A stretch of DNA of 63,993 nt, filler included, from Diploschistes diacapsis (Eukaryota): the NCBI GenBank assembly GCA_023645945.1. It is 6 parts of 6 records of this genome, joined end to end, with 100 filler letters (N's around TTAATTAATTAA, not from the genome) between each part and the next. Parts side by side here need not be neighbours in the genome. Positions count along the whole stretch, not along the records: positions 53,558 to 63,993 come from JALAIB010000923.1; 5 more parts are not named here. One strand, 5' to 3'. The notes under the pieces were generated by a model. It did not search any database. It was not told the DNA's origin and saw only the letters and a program-made list of their open reading frames with translations. Position 1 is the first letter of the stretch, and every line of letters begins with the position of its first letter. The position numbers and the translations under genes are program-made. Below are positions 57,563-63,993 of the stretch, in pieces.

Positions 57563-58312
57563 GGCGAGTCGATGATTCCGAGTCCTTGTTTCGAAGAAGG
57601 TAGGTATCTCAGAACAACATGTTGTGCGTGTTCCCCAGAGGCAAGGTAGAAGTTATACGACAAGCAGGACAAGCGTGCCTGGGCCGCAGGCAGCGGGGCT
57701 GATGGGGATCTCCAATGCACGGTTGCCACGGAGGGGCTGCTGGTTTGACAGCAACGTAGTAGGGTCGGAAATGATGGGTTCGATCTTATTCAACTATGAA
57801 GGTCAAAATCCCACGCTTCATGATACTGAAAAACTCACATAGTAAAAGTGGTACGACTAACAAGTATACTACACGGTCTGTATGACCTTATATCATGAGA
57901 AGCATCCCTATGCTCTTACACGCCAGTCTTGATTGGTCACATTGACCGCGACTACTAAGCTGAAGAAGTCACGGGCACCTCCTGACCAAAGAGACTGTTC
58001 TGATGCACCCTATTATAAGCATCTACCCCTTGAGTAGTAATGGAAGCTTCCAATGGAGAGCCATACTGATTGCAAAGTATTGTTTAAGTTCTGCGAAATG
58101 CTATGCTATCCATCTGTGCAGCAATACAAAACAAGGAATTTGCCTGCTTCTCTGCCGAGTGTATCTAATCCGCAGGCAGAGACCGCTCCAAGGATGCTTT
58201 GAGAACATGGCCTCTCTGATGTTTCCCCCACCCAACGCCTTTCGTAGCCCGTCTAATCTTGCATTGGCTGATCTATCACTGAATTGAAAAAAAATTGCGT
58301 TAAGAAACATTC

Positions 58313-60517
58313 CTAAGTCTGGGGTTTCACCCTGTTCGTCCCGGTCAAAGTTAGCCAGCCCTTCACCTTCTCAGGAGCAGCAGGCCGGCCAAAGTTTTCG
58401 TCAAGGTCGAGAATTATCTTGAGTGCATTCCTGCTTCTCAGATACGGAAGTGGCGCTTTCGCCTCTTGTAGCCCGACAGCCGGTTCCAAGTGGCGAGTCG
58501 GCGGACGGACTGCATCGTCTGACCCTGGCAATGGCAGCAAGTTTTGAAGAACTTCGTACCCGGCGAGGGTAAAACCGAATTGTGGAGAAGAGCGTAGAAT
58601 ACGTGCAGGGCCACCCTTGAAGAAAGCTTTGAAGCCTTCTTCGTGCCAGATGGTCCTGGCACAGTGTCGTAGGGAGGTATAAGCAGTATCCCCCTTGCGT
58701 GCTTCAACTTGGAGACGCGTCTTGATAACGTCACAGGGGGTCGTAAGATAAGCAGCTGGCATGCCAGCAATGGCACCGGCAGTCAGGAGCTGCAGGATAC
58801 CGAGCTTCTTATTCGGACCTTCGCCAAAGAAGTCGCGTTTTAGGTGATTGTAAGACGGGAAGTAGATAGCCGAAAATGGGACGTCACGGAGGAGACAAGC
58901 GGAAGCGCCCTTGTATAAACCGACTAGACCGAGGTTGCGAACGATCCACATGGCGGAGCGACGAGGAGCACCTTCCACGCTTTTCGCGACTTCGCCTTGG
59001 ACTTGAAGGCGAATCTTGACAATCTCAAGGGGATTTGTGAAGATCTAGGCATGCATTAGACAGAAGGATTCGAATGATACAGCTAACCTACCACTTGGCA
59101 AGCACCGGCAGTACCACCAGCAAGAAGTTCATGCGGCCACCAGATTTTGCCCGACGTCTTGTCCGAGAAATACCCCCTAGCCAGGTCGTTCACCGTAAGC
59201 TTGATGGCCTTCTCAGGGGCAACTCCAATAAGTTGAGGCACGACACCAGAATAGAAGCCTCTGACGCCTTCATTCTTGAATACCTTTTTGGCGCAGTCGA
59301 TTGAGTTGGTATATAGTACTTGACCGACTCGCGCGCTTCTCTGGTTCTGCATTCTAGTCTTGACAAGATCAATGGGATAGACCATGAAAGCACCAAAAGC
59401 ACCAGCGATACTACCCAGAGCAAAGTGATGTGCCGACTCGAGAACCCCATGGAGTAACTTCTTAGCATTTGAGACTGTTTCTTCCGTCTTTGCCATGGCA
59501 CCTTCCGCCAGCTTGTAAGCACTCTGCCAAGAAGCATCAAGGACCTTTGAGAAGTCTTTGATTGACAGTCTACCGGACGGCGCATCAAGACCAGCGAAGT
59601 GAAATAGAATGTCCGCCTCCATTGGTGTGAACAGGGAGAATCTTGTCAAGCGAGCTGCCTCGTTGAGAAAGTCAGTGCGGGTAATTTTGCCGTCTTCGCT
59701 CTTTTGAACGGCATTCTGAATGACAAGGTCCACCAAGTCCATTTCTCGGATGATGTTTTGGAAAGCTCGGACGTTGGCATAAGATATCTTGCTTCCAACC
59801 GAGATGTTACATAGAGTGTGGAGGTTTTCGAGGAGGTGGTCAGACAGCTTGTGCTTTGCAGTCTCTAGAATAATGCGTTGGAAGTCTTCGGGCTCAATAT
59901 AACCATCTCCATCTTTGTCAAACAGATGGAACGCTTGTCTTATCCGTTCCCCCTGAAGACCGCGGAGCATCTGACAGAACTGTGGATAGGTCATGTCGTG
60001 CCGGTGCTTTTTTCCACCAATGTAAAGTGACGCCCATTCACTGTTCCAGTCAAAGGGTATGCTGTCTGGTCCCTTGTTCATATTGTACAGTTTCTGAAAA
60101 TGATCATATTTGATTGTGCCGGTACCATCCTCATCGAAAAGACGAAAAGCAATATCGTACTCAGCATCGGGCTTGCTCAGGAGGTTTTCAAAGTTACTCC
60201 AGTCATGGATGGAGATCTTCCCACTTTTCCTCCGGTCGGCGACGCGGTATAGGATTGCATACTGTTCACGCCTGATTTTATGCTAAATGAGAGGGTTTAT
60301 TAGTGAGCACTTCAGCCTGAAAATCAAAAATCGCTCTCACATAGTCCTCCCCTGCGGGAGCGATAGCATCCACAAAATCTTCCTCCGTCATGTATAACTC
60401 TCCCTCTTCTGTGTGTCGGGCATACTTCTCAAACGTTGCTCTTGATTGCTGTGAGAGACCAGGCTCGATAGTGGTGCCGATCAGCGACTCCTTCACCGCC
60501 TCTTTCACCGTCGCCAT
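58313..60517 (-). CDS. AGC1: Mitochondrial aspartate/glutamate carrier with N-terminal EF-hands (aralar/citrin-like); 3 exons
   Basis: Exons 60517-60341, 60282-59092 and 59044-58313. EF-hand [14 protein letters not shown]; carrier signatures [57 protein letters not shown]. Confidence 0.96.
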
Positions 60518-61407
60518 TTTGCCAGCTGTCTGCTCTCTTCAAACCGACTGTGATGACAGCTTCAAGATGGTTAACGAGAATGCAGCACGCAATCAGAGTG
60601 ACCGCGTAATAGCGCGTCGCGTCACGAGGAGGGAACTGAATTCAAGGACGGAGTCGCTCCGGTCTAACAACGTTGCGGTCAAGCAGACCAGTTAAAGAAT
60701 GTACACCGACTGGGATGATAGCAAAGAACTCCAGAAACGTCCGAAACCAATTCTATTGAACCAGTCTATCTATGAGGGTAAGAAAGAGAAAAGAGAGTAC
60801 GCAACAGCAACGGCATAGGCGGGCGAATATAGTATACAAGGTATTTGAGGGTTTTTCTGGCCTTAAAAAATTCTTTTGAAGCTTCTTGGAGCGCATGCAC
60901 GGCGTGGCATCGCCGGTCCAAGCTCCCCTTGTCCGCATCGCCAAGTTACCGAAACCGCCCGGTTGGTTTCTCAATTTGGCTTTCACATTTTCCCCTTCAG
61001 TTAATGAGGAGTATGCACCCTTGACATCCACGTGCATTTTGAACTTTAATAATATATACGAGAATGAACCTGCACCAAGATGTCCCGAAGGAATCAACTA
61101 CACCGTATTGTAGAGAATTCCAAATGGAGTAGCTAGCGCCCTGCTGGGATATATGCCGGATGTGGACCGCAATTCAACCCCCATCTTTAGCTTGAGATTG
61201 TATATAATTAAATAATTAGGCACATAAGGACTTGTCTATGACGAATGCAGTGACTCCTAATAACTCCTTGATAGATGAGATCATTTATTAAAAGTAATAT
61301 GCCGACGGAAGCTTGCAATTTATTCATAGCGAACCGCTGTGCGGCGCCGCACAATCTAATCCATGCTTGCGCCCAAAATCGGATGAAGAAGCCCTCTGGC
61401 ACGCCTC

Positions 61408-61982
61408 CTACATCGCAAAAGCCCCACCAAACAAGTTAAACGCAAGCGTGCCAGCAATTACCAAGCCATCATCCTAGACGCTCCACCTCCAATAGGCCTT
61501 CAAGCCGCAGCAGCTCCTGCAGGACTCGCAGACGTAGACGTAGACGTAGACGCGGATGCAGATGCGGAACTTTTCGAAGAGGCGCTGATAGCGGAGGGTA
61601 CTGTAGATAGGGGTCGCTTGGAATTGTGTCGGCCCAAGTTTGCCCGCCGAACCTGGGCCTCGACATCGACGAGGAGCAGGCCCTGATAGCAGTTCATCAA
61701 TTGATCGGTATCCTGACCCTCGGCGAGCAGTAGGCATTGCAACCGCCGTAGAGAACGATGGGGGCGCCGTTGCAGCATTCTTTCATATACTCCCACGTTG
61801 TTGCATTCAGAGGTCGGATCGCCATGGGACCTTCAACTGGAGCATTGGCATCAATCGAAGGGCAAGACGGCGCCGAGGTGCCAAACGGGTAGGTCGATGG
61901 AAGGGTGGTGATGGCTGTCTGGAACGCTGGAAGACCGGTGGTACTAAATGCGGCGATCATGATGCTATCAGCAGCGGCCATG
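61408..61982 (-). pseudogene. Small Cys-rich, Ser/Thr-rich, probably GPI-anchored protein gene broken by frameshifts and stops
   Basis: MKECCNGAPIVLYGGCNAYC, then after a 1-nt shift LAEGQDTDQLMNC, an S/T stalk (GTAGAC repeat) and a hydrophobic tail GLVIAGTLAFNLFGGAFAM* in a further frame. Confidence 0.55.
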
Positions 61983-63053
61983 CTGAAGAGGACCAATCTG
62001 GTGAATTGGCGAATTCGGAGGTTGAAAAATATATTAATGCTGGATATTATGTTGCGTGTATGCAAAGAGATTCGCGCAAAGATTCTCTCTATTGAAAGAA
62101 AGCTTCAAACCTATTATACAACATCATCGAGCATGATTGCTCATAGCCACAGGGGAGTGTAAGTACAGGGCCACTAGTTACCTTTCCTTTTGTGCTTGTT
62201 CCACGAGTTCTCTACTAGACTGAGATCGGTTGGTACCCTAAATTTCCTCCTCTCGACTTGGAAGATCTTCAGCACCAAGGATAAAAAGCGTGCTTGACTT
62301 GTAACGGACTTGTTCCACGTGAAGTTCACTCTAGCCCAAGATAACCATTTTGAATTGGATTTGCAGGTCCATTGTAACAATTTTAAGAACAGAGATAAGC
62401 GACAGTCGTTTGGTAATGAAGAAGATTCAAATTCATTAATTCCAACTACTGTGACTTGAGGATTTTAATCTTAACCCTCCAATCCCGTTGCAATAATATA
62501 GTCCTGCGCTTCGCTTAGGAATAAGTAGAATAGCCCTCAAGCTGAAAATGGCGTAATCCGCACAGGCAGGCAGGAACTCGCTGAATCCTCAAACCGCAAG
62601 GGGAACGGCCACTGTTAGCGCAACGAACCATTCCCTCCGGAACCAAAGGAGTTTGCTGTATATCGACAAGGCCAAGCCTTCAGTTTCTTGGGTAGGCTGC
62701 GAACTGCAATGAGTCGACTGCTGTAGCTAAAAGCGACTGCATCAGGCTGTGGCATGTTTCGCCACACCGCCTATAATGGCAGCATCTGCTTCGGAATGAG
62801 ATTGTCGCAGTCTGAGACAAGGTGAACTTATCTTGTATGAGCTTGTTTTCGCAGCTCGAATCCTGGCTCAGAGTCTGATAGAGCATCCACGATGATGGTA
62901 GGGTAGAGGAGCAAGTAGCCTGACTCGGCTAACCTAAACGGAATTAGCCGTCCACGGACCGATATATAGCCGGTCTGATGGTGAAAAAAATGCCGCGGGC
63001 ATATCGCAAGTGACAATGCTGTTTCATAAATGAAGTCAAGTTAGCAGTATCGG

Positions 63054-63993
63054 ATGCTGGTTGCCAAATGCAAACCGCGTGCAGCCATCCTAGCATGGAG
63101 TACCGCAACTCCCTCTACTAATCTCATTGGCCTTAAACCAAAGCGCCTCATCCTCACCCTCGCAATCGAGACATCATGGCAAGCCCCAACAATCCTTTGG
63201 TAGCTCCCGAGCTAACATATCTACAGCGACGACACCAGCGTTGCCGTGCTCGAGAAGCACGGCCATCCTCCCCCCTCCCCACGGGCGGCCCTCCATTTCC
63301 ATGAAAAGATAACAGCCAACAATGCCCCTTACCAGGGGATCCACCCTCTCAACTCCGCCGAGTCACACCAGGCACACCTCCCGGGCCTCGTTCAGCGCGC
63401 ACTGCATGCCCTCCCAAGAGCAGACCACAGCGATCCGCTTACCACCTTCGCCCTCCCCTGCCCGACCGGCGACGGCAGCGTGACGCATCACCTCAAGCCC
63501 ACATTCATCTCCGCGACGCGCGGACCGGGCATGCGCTCGTCCCTCGCAACGGGCCTCGACACGGCAAAGGGACTTGCCCTGGCTCTCTCCGTGCCGCTGG
63601 TAGGCGTGCACCACATGCAAGCGCACCTACTCACGCCGCGCCTGTGCAACGCGCTCGCCACTCCCTCGTCTACTGGGTTCCCCGGCGCCTCAGGCACCCC
63701 GAGTACCAACCCGCCGCCATCTACGTCGGACCAAGAACACCCCTCCTTTCCCCTCCTCACCCTTCTCATCTCCGGCGGTCACACCCTCCTGCTCCACAGC
63801 ACCTCCCTAACCTCACACATCCAGCTCGCCAGCACCGCCGACATCGCGGCCGGCGACTGCATCGACAAAATCGCCCGCCTCGTGCTGCCACCTTCCCTTC
63901 TGGCCGCCCACGCCTCCGACACCAACTACGGGCGCCTCCTCGAAACCTTTGCCTTTCCTCCCCCCCCCTCTATCTCAATCTCCAGGCCAACCT
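63054..63993 (+). CDS. QRI7: Mitochondrial tRNA t6A threonylcarbamoyltransferase Qri7 (Kae1/TsaD family), 3' truncated
   Basis: LTLAIETSC|DDTSVAVL across a GC-AG intron (63179-63226); YQGIHP, TRGPGM, GVHHMQAH, LLISGGHT, DIAAGDCIDKIAR. Confidence 0.92.

Overview
Eukaryotic DNA from a filamentous ascomycete (Pezizomycotina), with short GT-AG introns and CTAAC/CTGAC branch points. The window is not one locus. Five artificial 100-nt spacers (N44-TTAATTAATTAA-N44) join six ~10.6 kb contigs sorted by decreasing length, so genes on opposite sides of a spacer are not neighbours. Contig 1: a QDE-2-like Argonaute with an RGG N-terminus, a secreted Cys-rich Kex2-type precursor and a decayed gene. Contig 2: a GC-rich noncoding region with a RIP-like duplication, a GH92 alpha-1,2-mannosidase and a Pah1/Phx1-like homeodomain factor. 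Contig 3: one complete, intron-free, GC-shifted 18S-5.8S-28S rDNA unit embedded in RIP-degraded Ty3/Gypsy chromovirus remnants. Two copies of an LTR 5' end flank it in direct orientation, and their 34-bp tandem repeat shares the motif CACGGCAGGGTCAA with the rDNA spacer. Contig 4: FPGS/MET7, NAT4, PIG-U, MIC60 and a WD40-like gene. Contig 5: a GH18 chitinase, a collapsed non-reducing PKS pseudogene and CK2 alpha. Contig 6: a LisH-WD40 gene, a tail-anchored septin-like GTPase, AGC1, a broken GPI-protein gene and QRI7 (GC-AG intron). The most novel-looking signal is the LTR/rDNA-spacer motif, which coincides with the borders between RIP-mutated and unmutated DNA.
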